Shown here: positions 26,869 through 26,995 of the stretch, one piece after another
How the letters are laid out: every line of letters starts with the position of its first letter
Position numbering within the stretch: the stretch's first letter is position 1
IMG/VR virus record: IMGVR_UViG_3300049436_000043
Location: 1-26,995 of that record
From: a virus
Taxonomy: Duplodnaviria > Caudoviricetes
Length of the DNA stretch: 26,995 nt
Reading direction: 5' to 3' (one strand)
Translations under genes and position numbers: made by a program
The notes under the pieces: generated by a model
Seen by the model: the letters and a program-made list of their open reading frames with translations, nothing else
What the model was told of the DNA's origin: nothing
The model's database searches: none

Positions 26869-26995
26869 GAAGCCCACGCCAAGACGCTGGTGGTCCGCGA
26901 GGCGTTGGGCGCGGCGCTGCCCTCGGCCGGGGTCGGCTGCGGCTTCAACCGCCGGGCGCTCGGCGAGATTGCTGCCGCGCGGGGTGGCGAGCCCT
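26869..26995 (+). pseudogene. nfrB: 5'-truncated internal fragment of an NfrB-like GT2 glycosyltransferase (continues beyond window)
   Basis: Reads EAHAKTLVVREALGAALPSAGVGCGFNRRALGEIAAARGGEP, matching the NfrB-family E-x-H-x-K...VRE...PSAGVG..F.R.AL motif as I recall it. No in-frame start codon lies between it and TAA 26794-26796. Not in the ORF track. Confidence 0.75.

Noticed and set aside
26862-26995. ATG 26862 as a rescue start for the nfrB-like fragment
   Set aside because: It is out of frame with the NfrB-like peptide, lacks a nearby RBS and gives an unrecognisable product.

Overview
GC-rich, nearly all + strand late-gene region of a temperate HK97-like siphovirus prophage. The host is probably an alphaproteobacterium (Sphingomonadales-like, inferred from a PEPxxWA-CTERM gene). 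Gene order: HNH, cos-like region, TerS/TerL, portal, prohead protease, major capsid, neck genes, tail tube, tail chaperone with a -1 frameshift, tape measure, tail tip, SGNH-esterase tail spike, a small gene plus a 1680-aa modular fibre (PKD, 69-bp LRR repeats, Calx-beta/Ig, GH-A-like barrel), an antisense PEP-CTERM moron, a lysis cassette whose only lysin candidate is a Tlde1/DUF2778 L,D-transpeptidase-fold protein, and a thermonuclease moron. The last ~127 bp translate as an internal, start-less piece of an NfrB-like GT2 glycosyltransferase, which suggests the prophage is integrated inside a phage-receptor glycan synthase gene. No integrase, repressor, reverse transcriptase, tRNA or CRISPR was seen. 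All family calls are from motif recognition and synteny; no database searches were run.
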